From Macrostomum lignano (Eukaryota), in NCBI GenBank assembly GCA_002269645.1, contig NIVC01000352.1, positions 248,001 to 312,000 on the forward strand: DNA of 64,000 bases. Direction: 5' to 3'. The translations under genes and the position numbers were made by a program. Below are positions 12,660 to 25,065 of this stretch, piece after piece. The notes beneath the pieces are model-generated. The model was not told the DNA's origin. It was given only the letters and a program-made list of their open reading frames with translations, and searched no databases. Each line of letters begins with the position of its first letter. The first letter of the stretch is position 1.

Positions 12660-12963
12660 TCAGAGATGCAGCGGCGGTTGCTAGCGACTCACAATTGGCT
12701 ACAGATCCCGCCTGCCTATAGTCACCGCCTCTCTCCCTCTCACTCTGTGTCTCCCGCCCTCCCGCTTGTCTTTTCCTCTCAAATAACCCCCATTGACAGT
12801 CGCTACAGCGGCAGATCGCATCTGATTTCCTGTGTCCCCGAAGTCAGCTGCAGCAGAGTCCGTCACTGTGTATAGAATTAAAGACCAGGACAGGTCTGAG
12901 CTCTTGTCTCTAAATCTCTCTCGGTGAGTTTGTGGGATACTAATCGATTCTTGCTTTTTACAG
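12660..12963 (+). promoter_or_regulatory. Putative promoter with a 40-nt non-coding mini-intron
   Basis: X-box-like GTTGCTAGCGAC 12677-12688, reverse CCAAT 12694-12698, several CCCGCC boxes, then GTGAGT (12924)...ACTAAT...TTCTTGCTTTTTACAG (12963). Confidence 0.4.
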
Positions 12964-13225
12964 TTGATCGGACAGATCAATAGAGTTTTGAGCAGCTTGA
13001 GGGAGGCTCAAATATTTTTGCTGGCTTGATCCTACTGTCCTGTTTTTTAGTATATGAACTTTACAGATTTATTCTAGACAGTCGGTTCTTGACACAATTT
13101 AAATTCGAACCAAATCTCATTGTTAAACACATTAGTCACTTTGTAGCTGAAGTCATTTTCATTGCGTATATCATTTTTTCCGCAATGTCTAGCTGCTTTC
13201 TTTTTGGCTCGCGTGGGTTCAGAGG

Positions 13226-13452
13226 TTGAGCACTCGCTCTGTGCCCAGTGCAGTGATTGAGCACTCGCTCTGTGCTCAGTTCAGAGATTGAGAACTCGCT
13301 CTGTGCTCAGTTCAGAGATTGAGCACTCGTTCTGTGCTCAGTGCAGTGATTGAGCACTCCTTCTGTGCTCAGTTCAGTGATTGAGCACTCCCTCTGTGCT
13401 CAGTTCAGTGATTGAGCACTCCCTCTGTACTCAGTTCAGTGATTGAGCACTC
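13226..13452. repeat. 31-bp tandem repeat with an internal TGAGCAC/GTGCTCA inverted repeat
   Basis: About 7 units read directly. Confidence 0.9.
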
Positions 13453-15149
13453 GCCCAACAAGTTTTAGTGGCAAGCAAATTTCGAGCTCAGCTGTCAGTT
13501 AGTGCAGCGAATTCTCATCTCGTAGTGACATTTTGGCCTTTTGGTGCGTCAGTCTGGGAGTGGCTTTGCTCAGACAAGGCTAGACAAATCCCTTTGCACT
13601 AATATCAGCGCATATTAAGTTGGAAGACGTTGGCCAGTCTGATTTTTGCCGTCCTTCGCAACTTGTAAGAAAATTTCTTGACAAAAAATCAACCATATGC
13701 ATGCAAATCTTCTTGGCCAATTCTAGAAAAGTTAACCCCGCCGCTCTCGTGAGCAAACAAGCGGCTGTTAGAGCCGGCTAAACAGGCAGCTTAGCAATGC
13801 AGAAGTTTAAACTTTGAACAGGGAATTTGCGTGACAGAAGTTTGCAATGCTAGGAGATATTTGCTTTTAGTTTCCTTTTTGAAGCAGTGGCTCAGCCCGC
13901 CTGTGCCGCTCTTTTGTTACTACTGTGTTGTGGAGACACTTTCGCTTTTTCTGGCCCCTTGACTCCATCTGCATGGGGTCTTACTCATGGGGCCTTGGCT
14001 GCGTGGCGGACCTGGAGCTGCTTCTTACAGAAAATTTAAGCCGTGAGTTCCAAACATAGAAATGGCGCATGCAGAAAATGAATGGTTTTGAGCTTTGTAA
14101 GCTTGGAGGTAACCACGACAGACAGGCTTGCTCTGCGCTCCCCCCGCCACTCATCGATTGAATTCTGGCGGAACTCCCGGCCAAGAGGTGAGTCTGGAGG
14201 GGTGGCTCCTTGGTGTAGTTTTGGACGGGGACTATAGATGAAGATGCTGCCCCCGGGGGGACAGACATGGAAAACTTTCTGTCTACTTGTTGTGGCGTGG
14301 TCCCTCCGAAGAATGGCGGAGAGTTGAAATGGCGGAAGGGCGAACAGAACAGACAGTGCTGCTGCTAATTAAGTGGATGAAGAAACTCTTTCGTTGTAAT
14401 GAAGCATGAGATGAGATTTAGATGAACCAGCAACCATGATAAAATGAAGCTTGGGCCCTGATTCCTCTGCCGTCCTTAGCTCATGTTTTGACTATCAGGT
14501 CATCCATCTCGGAAACCAGAAGCATATAATTATGCGCGATTCTGCCTCAGATCTATCTACCAACTTCTTCCAACGTGTTGGCGACTCTATTCAATCCAGT
14601 CGTGTCTTGAGTCGCAGCTGTCTAGAACGCGATGCATCCTGGATACGACACTATTGCGGATGAGTTGACTCGCACGATTTGATAAAGAGGTAAAGAAGCG
14701 CGAGGCTTCCACCGGATGTTTCTTTTCTGGCGGTCGCTATCACACACGGCGGGAATAAGTTCTGGCCTGATCTTCTGCATGCGAAGAAATGCTGCAGGCA
14801 AGCCGCTTCAAGTCTGCTGGATTCTGGGAGCGATAGACTACGAAGAGGCGTGAGGTATAGAGAAACGATGAGACGGATGAGGAAGCACTTGAGCACGAAG
14901 AACTCAAGGTTGAAGCACACCAGTACTGAAGCAGTTGCTAGTAAAAAATATCTCTAAATTTTTCGCACGCAAATTATCCGACACTGACTCAAAAAACAAC
15001 TTTTCTTGAGAGTGCTGCTTTCGCTGCCCTTTACTTTTTATTGCGCTAACAATTTTGTTTGATTAAATCGAACCAAGTTACTGTAATTCGTATTGTTCAG
15101 CTGTATGGGTCCTGCAGTTCAGTCTTTTTAAGTAGGGAGCGGACTGTAG

Positions 15150-15770
15150 AGATACTATAGAGATATAGAGACTATAGACTATAGACTATAGAGATACTAG
15201 CAATAAAAGATACTAGCAATAAGAGATACTAAAGCAATGAGAGATACTAGCAATAAGAGATACTAAAGCAACGAGAGATACTAGCAATAAGAGATACTAA
15301 ACCAATGAGGGATACTAGCAATAAGAGATACTAAAGCAATGAGAGATACTAGCAATAAGAGATACTAAAGCAATGAGAGATACTAGCAATAAGAGATACT
15401 AGCACCAAGAGATACTAGCACCAAGAGATACTAGCACTAAGAGATACTAGCACCAAGAGATACTAGCACCAAGAGATACTAGCACCAAGAGATACTAGCA
15501 CCAAGAGATACTAGCACCAAGAGATACTAGCACCAAGAGATACTAGCACCAAGAGATACTAGCACCAAGAGATACTAGCACCAAGAGATACTAGCACCAA
15601 GAGATACTAGCACCAAGAGATACTAGCACCAAGAGATACTAGCACCAAGAGATACTAGCACCAAGAGATACTAGCACCAAGAGATACTAGCACCAAGAGA
15701 TACTAGCACCAAGAGATACTAGCACCAAGAGATACTAGCACCAAGAGATACTAGCACCAAGAGATACTAG
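15150..15770. repeat. 16-bp tandem satellite (GAGATACTAGCACCAA), preceded by a dimeric variant block
   Basis: Read directly. Confidence 0.95.
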
Positions 15771-16052
15771 TTCTAAAGGATTCTAGTACGTCACTTGTAC
15801 AAGTGAGGTAGAACCCTATGTGCGGCATCTACATGCATATTCGCTTCAATTTTTACCATGACTTTTGATTTTGGAGTCTGCTCTCAAATAAAACAAATGA
15901 TTTTGCAAATGTGGGGAATAAAAATATCCTCAAAACTCATGACCGGCTCAAATTATAACCACCCTCTCCAGCTGCAGTGTTGCGTCACCCTATTCAGCTG
16001 GTACTACCGCCTCAAACAGAACGACAGCGCATTCCAGAGCATCACAGGCACC

Positions 16053-17488
16053 ATGGCCGCCAGCGGAAATGCCAGCATTGCTGGCCTCAACCTTACCAAT
16101 CCGCTCGGAGAAGACCTCTTGCAGATCTACCAGTGCACACTCACTGAGGACCTCGCCCGCAAAAACCTGGCCTTCTGTCAGGACTTTCTCACCAACCAGA
16201 TGCTTGGCCGCAGTGTTGCACTGTCAAAGTGCCACTGGTGCTGCTGTTCTGTCTCCTATTCAGTGTCGGGTTTGTCGGCAATTGCCTGGTCATTCTCAGC
16301 GTGGCTCTGTTCCCGGCAATGCGATCCAGAACAAACATGTTCCTGCTGAACCTGGCCATCAGCGATGTGCTCGTCTTCGTAGTCTGCCTACCGCTCACTG
16401 CCTACAGCATCGTCAACTCGCGCTGGATATTCGGGGCTGCGCTGTGCAAACTGGCTCCGTTTGTGCAGGGCGTCTCTGTGTCTGTTTCCATCTGCTCTCT
16501 GGCCTCCATGTCGATTAAACGCTACGTACTCATCCGTTTCCCCATGACTGCCAAGGGGGCGCTTACGAACCGCGCCATGTGCCTGTGGCTGGCCGGCATC
16601 TGGCTGCTCTCCATGCTGCTGTGCAGTCCGACACCAATGGCCTACGTGCAAAAGGAGCAGAAAGTCTTCTGGCTGCTTACTGTACACTCTTGCGTCGAGG
16701 ACTGGCAGTCGTCGCAAAGTCGCAGAACGGGATACACGCTCTTTCTTTTATTCGCCCTCTACGTGATCCCGTTGAGCGCCATGACTGTGTTCTACTGCAA
16801 ACTCGGCCGTTCTCTGGTCGTGTCCACCGCCCGCCTGGCCGAGGGCAGCGCGGCTGCCGCCACCAATCAGCGAAGCGCCAGAACGGCCCGACAGAGCCGC
16901 ATCCGCGCCAGCCGCATGATGGTGGCTCTGCTGGTGTCATTCGCCATCTGCTGGCTGCCCTACCATATCGTCAATCTGCTCATTGACCTGCGCTACCCTG
17001 GAAAGCAACCCGATCTCATCGATGGGACTGGCATCGCAAATGGCACATCGGCGGCGGCGGCCGCGGCCAGTGCTATTAACAGTCCCAACGATGGCGACGG
17101 CTTCCTTGTGACGGCCCTGCTGCCTCTGGCAACGCTGCTCGGCTTTGCTAACAGTGCCATCAATCCCATCTGCCTAGTGCTGGTAAGCTCAAAGTTCAAG
17201 ACGTACTTTCGCCTGATAGTGACGCTCCGCTGCTCCGCCGATGATCAGTCAACCCGCGCCAGGGCCGAGCGGGCCCAGATGTATTCGCTGCATTCGCGCA
17301 CCCACCCAGCCTCGCTGCGCTATCGGGAGCCGGGCTCGCCAACGGCAGCCAAACCCGAAGCCGCCTCCGTCTCCGCCATCGCCACCGAAGCGCTGGTGGC
17401 AGCCACTGTCTACGAGGAACCGATTGAGAAAGAAGCCGAACTTCAGGCCCAGCACACGCTTCTGCGTCACGAGAGCGATGAGGACTAA
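16053..17488 (+). CDS. Class A neuropeptide GPCR, NPFF/SIFamide/orexin-receptor-like, intronless, with one frameshift between 16148 and 16229
   Basis: Seven hydrophobic segments with GN (TM1), NLAISD (TM2), W..G..LCK, VQGVSVSVS, CWLP (TM6) and NSAINP (TM7). An upstream ATG in GGCACCATGG context encodes MAASGNASIAGLNLT with two N-glycosylation sequons, but in a different frame. Confidence 0.88.
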
Positions 17489-19053
17489 TGGGAGGAGAAT
17501 GACTAACAAGCACAGCTAGGTGGATAAAATGACCCGGAGGAATTGACGATGGAACCGACCAAATTCGCTACCATTTTTACCTGTACAGTTTTTTGTTATT
17601 ATAGCTAGGTGTTCTTATACTATAGAAGCATGTGCACCCATTATGCTGTGATATACGTATTTTTAAGTAACCATTCGTAAGAAACTGATATTCTATAGGC
17701 TAAATCAGAATAAGCATCTCATTGGCTCAGGCAGCAGCATGCGGATCTATTTCCTTCGGCCCTGCATCTCCAGGAAGGAACCTAATTACCGAAGCCTATC
17801 TCTGGCCCTGCGCTAGCAGACTCGTTAGGGCCTGAGCTGAAATCCTAATTTTTCTTTAGAGCCAAGCCTCGGAGCTCAACTCTGTACAGATTTCTGAAGC
17901 AAGCTCGCTGCTTGCCAATGAAATGCAAATTCACTTAAACTGAGCAGATATGCTCTGCGAGGCGAATCTTTTTTGCATTGCCCGCGCCTCATCCGCAGAG
18001 GTGATCAATTGTGTATCAGCGATTTCTGCTCAGCAGATGTCTCATGCTGCATGCAATATAATTTTGTTTTCAATTAGAAGCTGTATGAAGTGAATTTGAC
18101 AATAATATTACTCAATTTCAATATGCATAATGTATAAAACTGAACGTTTTATGTTGTATGTTTCTGTTTTTCTGTTTGTGAAGTCATGCTGATCTCCCAG
18201 ACTCTGGTGACACTGAGGTAAATGTTGTTTGATTTCAAAAATAGCCATTTTTCAAGAATAATAGCGGCAGAACTGTTATTGCAATACTCGATGCCGTGAG
18301 CAGTTCTCATTTTGTAATCCAGTGTCTAAATTCTGTATCTGCGTAACTCTAAGTAAGACGTCTGTTTGGAAGGGGCGACTGATGACACACGGCCTGCTCT
18401 CCTCAGACCAGGCTTGAGTCCGGATTGCGATCCTTGGGGACATAATGGCTATCGTGCTCGGCCTGATGTCGGCCCCGGCATTCCCACGTCAGCGTCTCGT
18501 CATTTCCTGTCCAATTTTGCGTCATATAAATATGCATATTTTCATCTCATGGCTATTTTTTGTCATTCGCATGCAACAGACTGCCCTTTCCCGCCTCTGA
18601 ATTATCCCAACTGTACTTCTCGAATGTTGATGCAACCCAGCTGTTACGATAATTCATAATTAAGACATAGTGACTAAACATTCAATATATCGTAATTCTC
18701 TCTATTTTCACTTGTAAATTTTCGTCCGTCATTTTTCGCAAACGAAGTAGTTCTTAGTTTAACTTCTGTATTTTATTTATCAACTAAAGTCCCTTCTATA
18801 ATTAAATAAACCACCTACTCGATCTGCAGATATTTTAAGAGTTCATTTTTGTTAATATCGCTCCAGAGACCTTGAGTTGTCTAGCGCACAATCCAACAAA
18901 CACACGCATTTATTTAATTATCAAACAAGGACTCCTTAAACCTTAAACCTTAAACCAAGCCGACTTGAGCATCATTCCAGACTTACTAAATGTCCAGAGT
19001 TATTGCCATAAATTAACTGCCACTAATTTCGCTGTGGTTGCTTCAAGAATGCT

Positions 19054-20403
19054 TCAGTCAGCCTCCATCTGCATGGCCTCGACAGCCTGGCACGCCTTTT
19101 TATCCAACATCAACTGGAGGGGCATAAGAAACAGGACGGTAGACTGCTTCTCCACCGCGATGGCGCCCAGAGTCTGCAGGTAGCGAAGCCGCGCGCCCAT
19201 CGGCGTGCGCCCGATGACCGCAGCGGCTTCGCGTAACGTCAGGGCGGCCGTCAGCTCGCCCTCCGCTGCGATCACGCTGGCGTTCGCTTCGCGCTGCGCC
19301 TCCGCCTCTACAGCCATGGCGCGCTGCATCAGCACGGGCAGGCGAGCGTCCCGGACTTCGACTCGCTCTACCTGACATGCAAGAGGCATTGAAGAGGATG
19401 AAAATGCATGCTAGATTGCTAACAGTAGTACAGAGTGATAAATACACTTGTAAGCTCCTAAACTCAAAGAAGTCTATTAATGAGGGATCAGAGTTATTTT
19501 TCCCATAAAATTGTTATAGTTAATGTCTAACTCGTACAGTATATTACATAGTTTGGCAAGAGATTTCAAAGCCAACACAAGATTTTATTGACAACTTTCT
19601 GCTGCTTTGACTACTCATCAGACTCTGGGAAAGGCATTGTGCTCCCCAACTCGCCTTGACTCCCCACGGGTCGGTGGCAGCATCCAGGCTATCCTGCATG
19701 GCCAGCGCGATGGCACTCTTCTCGCTGAGAATCTCGTGCAGTGACTTGGTGCCCAGCGTGTTGCGCAGCGTTGTCTGCGCCATCAGCCTTGTGGCCCGAT
19801 GGACGTCGCACACTACAACGCTGGATTTCACCGGGTCGAATATTCGGTAGTAGACAACTGCGTCTACCGAGATGGTGACGGAGTCGCGAGTGAGAATCTC
19901 CTGCGGTGGAATGTTGAACGTCACGGTGCGCAGGTCCATCACGTGAACGCTGTCGATCAGCGCGTGGACGAAATACAAGCCCGGGCCTTGCAAGGTGGCG
20001 TTTTATAGCTGTTGTTATCCAGGATTTGATTGATCCAAGAATGACTCACCAATGAGCTCACCTCTGGCTCCGCGAACGCGTCCAAACCGGTAAATTACGG
20101 CCCGCTCATACTGCTGCACAACTCGAACGCAGAGCCATACGGACAGAGGAAATGTGAGTACAATGAGTACAGTGCTGCCGGCTACTAGTGCCAGCTGGCA
20201 TAACCGGACACCCAGGCTGTTGCTGTCATCACTGACGCCGTCGCGATACCCGATGCTCTCACTGCCGTTCTCAATCCAATCACTGGGGAGCTGATCTGGA
20301 AGGTGGAACTAATAGCTGTCGATGTTCTTTTCCCGAATATTCTAGCTTGCATTTCAACTCTTCCCGACTTTGGAATAAGTGCACACTGTACTTCACTGTC
20401 CAT
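19054..20403 (-). CDS. Stomatin / band 7 (SPFH) family protein, three coding exons
   Basis: Exon 20403-20062 (LTFPLSVWLCVRVVQQYERAVIYRFGR; the 5' part needs one frameshift), exon 19986-19655 (GPGLYF...DLRTVTFNIPPQEILTRDSVTISVDAVVYYRI...WGVK), exon 19371-19054 (VERVEVRD...MQRAMAVEAEAQREA...LRYLQTL). The second intron has a GC donor. Confidence 0.92.
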
Positions 20404-22071
20404 AATAGGCTCTCAGAATCCTGACCGGACATTGGAACAAGCGCGCATTTTCATGTTGCATTGCATTTCATTCTTGAGAACTAGACTTCCATGGGAAGCT
20501 CGCTCTCACTCACCTGGCGCGTTCTGAGCAAAAGCTGAATTACTATTGCTTTTGACGATCTAAATGAGAATTCGCCCAATTCAATGTATTTTTATATCTC
20601 AGGGCCACTGGAATATTTAAAAGTAAACAAAGTGTCCGTTGCCGGAAACAAAACAAAAGTAACACAGAACTCCTTGAGCGTCAGGAAAGGATTTTCATCG
20701 AGTTTCTCAACCAAGAATTCTCTCTCTCATTTCCTGATCGGCCTTCATGCACAATCCTTCTTTCCGACCACCGCGAGGAAGGGATTCCACTCTGCCATCG
20801 AGTCGAAAGTTGGCAGCGATTTGGAATGCGGTTGTTTTCTTGATTTGCAAGATTCTTGCAGCTCATGCGATGGATGACCCTTGTTCAATCGCATCAATCA
20901 GCCGCTGGCGATCTGCTACAGGAATTGGTGGCGCCATTCAATGGGGTCGATTTCAGGCTAAAAAATCTCAGTCTCATATTTTTCCCATATTGAATCTCCA
21001 AAGATATAGTCTATGGCCAAGCCTTCCTCAGTGGACTTTGCTAAACTGCTTAAGTCCATGACTAGGGTGGGGATCTGTGGCCTGGCTTGAATGCTATTGT
21101 CCAAATTCCCATTCAGATCGTCAAAGCGATACTAAAGCTATGGTTTAGCTACCGCCTGTAATCTTTGCCGCTTGCAGCAAATAAGACTTCACCGTGAAAC
21201 GATTCCTAGAACTCACTGGCAAATTGAGTAGAAAAGTGGAATATCGCTCACCATTGGAAGCTGTGGTCAGCAAGGCTGGAATGCCGGCGGCGGAGTCGGT
21301 GCCCCGGCTGCTGGTCGCTGGTCTCTGCTGCATCGCTTTTCCCAAGTGTGCGCGGGGCAACCTAAAGAAGCTGGAAATGGCCGGGACAGGCGATGGACAA
21401 CTTTCCCGACCTGCAGAAGCGCCACCATCAATTTCTTTTGTCGAGCGCATTATATATAGCAGTGCTGTTGCCCGGTTCAACCTAAACTGTCCGCACTTAA
21501 CGGAGGAGAAAGTGACGGCTTATGGATGCGGGCACGCTGGCCCCCCGCCTATTCAGGCCTTCAATCTGTTTTCGCGCTTCCTCCCGGGCGCGTCCGGCCT
21601 AGCTATTTTTGCAAGACTCCCTTTTTCATCATCTTTTGCCCTCAGCTCAATGCCAGGATTTGGGCCGCCACTCGAGCGAACAAAGCGTTCAGGGCTGCGG
21701 AAAATGGGGAAGCGCTGCGACTGCGCCATTCCATCCCCGATGTTTTGCAGGCAGGCTGTTGAGAAAACCTCTGAGCCACTCGCTGCTTGCCTCAAATATT
21801 TCTCTAGGGGTTCTGCAGTGTAGTCGTAACCGCTGAGCAGTGCTCCCTTATAGTTTTTTGCCTCTATTTGGTTTATATTTGCCAGCCAAATTCAGTGCTT
21901 TACTGAATTTATATTCAATAAACCAACAAAAGCTACATTGGGTCTGATACACGCTAGTCTCTTGTGCTCTTTCACAGGTGGCCCGTGTGAGCTTTTTTGC
22001 CTGTGACGATTCCGTGCGCGGTAACATGCACGAGAAATGACCTAAGGAGGTTGTCGTATGATTCACAGCCG

Positions 22072-22235
22072 TGAGGGCCAACCCCCAAGGCACAGAGAGT
22101 GTACATGCCTGACGATTAGAAAGTCAGAGCCGCTGTACACCCTGTGTGAGCGTGTGTGTGAGTGCGTGTCTGCGTACAGTATTGGCTCGCTCAGGGGTCA
22201 GCGGAACGGGCTGTTTGCCTCAGCGCCAGCCTTCC
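22072..22235 (+). mobile_element. SINE family 2, partial copy
   Basis: GAGGGCCAACCCCCAAGGCACAGAGAGTGTACATGCCTGACGATTAGA... is shared with 31555-31812, 39785-40085 and 52135-52480. Confidence 0.7.
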
Positions 22236-22629
22236 AGCAAAAATTAAAATTTTTAGCTTTAAACGTGTTATTCGATCCCCTTGCTGCCTGTGAAGCTTGC
22301 GAACGAATACACAGAGATCTCGAATCAAGTCTCTTGAACCTGGAGATTGAATTCCTGCGTTGCAGAACAGAAATTCAAGCGTTTCTACTCCCCTGTGATT
22401 ATAAGTAGTATAAGTAGCTCTGTCAGGAGCAATCGATGGTGGGGTGCAAATACAAATCGCATGTCCTGGCTGAATTTGGCCGAGGCCTATCTATTAGCAC
22501 AGAGACACATTAAGTGCATGAGATATCTTCGAGAAGTACGGACGAACAAATATATGAAATATTCTGATATTTTGAAATTGCTATAAACTCCTTTGCAATT
22601 GTTGCTGCTTTGGCTCAATTGTTTAAATG

Positions 22630-23507
22630 CGCTTACGGACATTTCCCCTCCGGCGTTTCCCCTCCGGACATTTCCCCTCCGGACATTTCCCCTCCGGACA
22701 TTTCCCCTCCGGACATTTCCCCTCCGGACATTTCCCCTCCGGACATTTCCCCTCCGGACATTTCCCCTCCGGACATTTAACCTTCATCTATAACGAAACA
22801 ACAGTGCCTTCGGACATGTCCGAAGAGAACATAAGTTGCATGTATATATATAAATGTATATAAGTGCAAATATAAATGTAATAATATAGTAATATTATAA
22901 TATTATAGTATAAAAATAATAATATACAAAATAATATAATAATAATAATATATAAAAAATTTTTATATATTAATAATAAAGATAATAATAATATTATATT
23001 ATAATTTTATTATAATAAAACATACTAAAACATAATAAAACCATCTACTCTCACTTTTTACTTACATAATTTTTAAAATAAAAGCGATCTAACAGCATAA
23101 CTACATGGATGTGACGTACATGCGTGCAAAACTTCTTTTTGGCATGTTCTAAAGCTCTGTCATTTCGTTATAGCTGGATGGGAAATGTCCGGAGGGGAAA
23201 CGCCGCCGAGGGGAAATGTCCGGAGGGGAAATGTCCGGAGGGAAAAGTTTCCCCGAGGGGAAGTGTCCGGAGGGGAAACGCCGGAGGGGAAGTGTCCGGA
23301 GGGGAAACGCCGCCGAGGGGAAATGTCCGGAGGGGAATCGCCAGAGGGGAAACGCCGGAGGGGAAATATCCGGAGGGGAATCGCCAGAGGGGAAACGCCG
23401 GAGGGGAAATGTCCGGAGGGGAATCGCCAGAGGGGAAACGCCGGAGGGGAAATGTCCGGAGGGGAATCGCCAGAGGGGAAACGCCGGAGGGGAAATGTCC
23501 GGTAGCC
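22630..23507. mobile_element. Foldback/MULE-like non-autonomous element with tandem-repeat inverted arms and a 9-bp TSD
   Basis: Left arm of (GGACATTTCCCCTCC)n, AT-rich centre, right arm of inverted (GGAGGGGAAATGTCC)n units; GTTTAAATG flanks both ends (22621-22629 and 23508-23516). Confidence 0.8.
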
Positions 23508-23619
23508 GTTTAAATGGCATCAATAATCAATAAAATCTAATTTATTCTGAAGTCGGGTTCTTTCTTCCAAAACTTATCCAGTTCGAAATGATCTGATTCA
23601 TCCGGTTCGTTTCCGTTTG

Positions 23620-24112
23620 CATTCACTGACGGATACCAGGGAGTGGGGGTCTAGGTGTCAACTGACCTCCCCATCCCGAGAAAATTGACGGGGCTGTTAT
23701 GACTCCCCTAGGGACACCGAATGTCCCTTTCGTCCTTTTTTAGTTACATTGCACAAAAGTATCTCAAATTCGGAGCTCGGGGGGGGGGTCAAGGGGTCGG
23801 CTGACCCACCCAGAGAATTAGGGGGGGTCATGATCATACAGGAAACAGAATTTTTTCTTTCGCCTGCCCTTTCGTAGTTATATTGCTTGAAAGTATCTCA
23901 AGCTTAGAGTTTGAACTCACTGCCGGAACCAGAGGGGGTCAAGGGGTCGGTTGACCCCCCACCCCGAGAAAATTAAGGTGGCTGTTATGACCCCCGGGAC
24001 AAAAAAATTATTTTTCGTCAGTCTTTTCGTAGTTAAATTGCTTAAAAGTATCTCAAACTCGGAGCTCGAGGGGACTGACCCCCCCCCCGGCAAAATCTTG
24101 GATCCGGCACTT
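23620..24112. repeat. Degenerate roughly 150-bp units (three partial copies), possibly MITE-derived
   Basis: CCCGAGAAAATT..GGCTGTTATGAC, AAAGTATCTCAA and GGGGTCAAGGGGTCGG motifs recur in the same order. Confidence 0.55.
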
Positions 24113-24757
24113 GCGCAGGGCAAAGAAGCGCCCCTTGACTAGGATGAAGGCTGTGCTGCTGCTATTTCAGTCAGGCTCGCAACAGCAGCTCTTGCATCTG
24201 TCGAGGTAAGCCAAGCTGCAATCGCTATTCTTAGCAATTTGTGACGAAATCACGAAAAGTTCTAGCAAACCCATGTGTGGAACGGGTTGACTGTACAGCG
24301 GGGTGAGGGCGATGCTGTACACACAGCTCTTCAAGTGCGCAAGGGGCAGGAATGAGAACTGAGTCAGAAGGGGGCAACGCAGGCAAAAACAGGCAAATAG
24401 CAACGCGGGGCTTTGGCAGGAAATCGTTGGGTGTCCTCTGCCCCCTGCCACGCTTCTGAATCTACGAGCGTAGCACCGCCCACACAGAGGCATGCACAGT
24501 ACACAAATTCATATTTCCCATCGCCTCAGTTCCAGTATAGATAGAGTGCAGAGGGTAGCAGCGGAGGGAGTTGAACAGGTTGGCAATGGTGACGGAGGTG
24601 GGCGCCTTGGCAGCTGACTCCCCCCTCAGTACACAGGCAGTCTTTCCTCGGACACGCCAAACATTGCAGGACTGGAACTTGCTTAGCAAGAACCGGTTTC
24701 GCCCCTGCTGATTCAGTGCAGGGCAGAGCGCTTTCGTTTGAGGGGTTGGCTGGCTGT

Positions 24758-24984
24758 CTATTTTTAGAATCAGCCTCTCAGCCAACCAGATCGAGGCCCG
24801 GATTCCCTTATAGGGTCAGGAGGGGTGGCTGAGCCAGCAAGCCTCACCAGGGGAAGGGGTTGGCCTCATTTCCAACGTGCAGTCCACGAGCAAGGCGAGG
24901 CCGATGACTCAGTGCAGTTGGCTGGAGCTAAATTTAGCATCTGTGCCGCACAGCAAGCCAGAGCTCCGCGTCAGAGTATATAAA
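24758..24984 (+). promoter_or_regulatory. Immediate-early-type proximal promoter
   Basis: MEF2 consensus CTATTTTTAG 24758-24767; one-mismatch CArG CCCTTATAGG 24805-24814; AP-1 TGACTCA 24905-24911; CRE half site CGTCA about 24969-24973; TATATAAA 24977-24984. Confidence 0.6.
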
Positions 24985-25065
24985 GCTAGCCGATTAAGGA
25001 AACTGGCCACAAGGCCTTTCAAAGTATGCGCTACGCTTGCGACAGGACCTAAAAGATTAGCAGCA

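Noticed and set aside
14451-14930. GC-balanced stretch with short ORFs on both strands
   Set aside because: No recognisable motif in any frame I translated; possibly an old transposon remnant.
21194-21823. 209-aa ORF
   Set aside because: GTG start directly after an in-frame stop, no domain signature, and no convincing splice context.
24877-25065. N-terminal extension of the IER-like ORF given in the track
   Set aside because: It starts at GTG upstream of the TATA box and runs through the promoter motifs; ATG 25066 is preferred.
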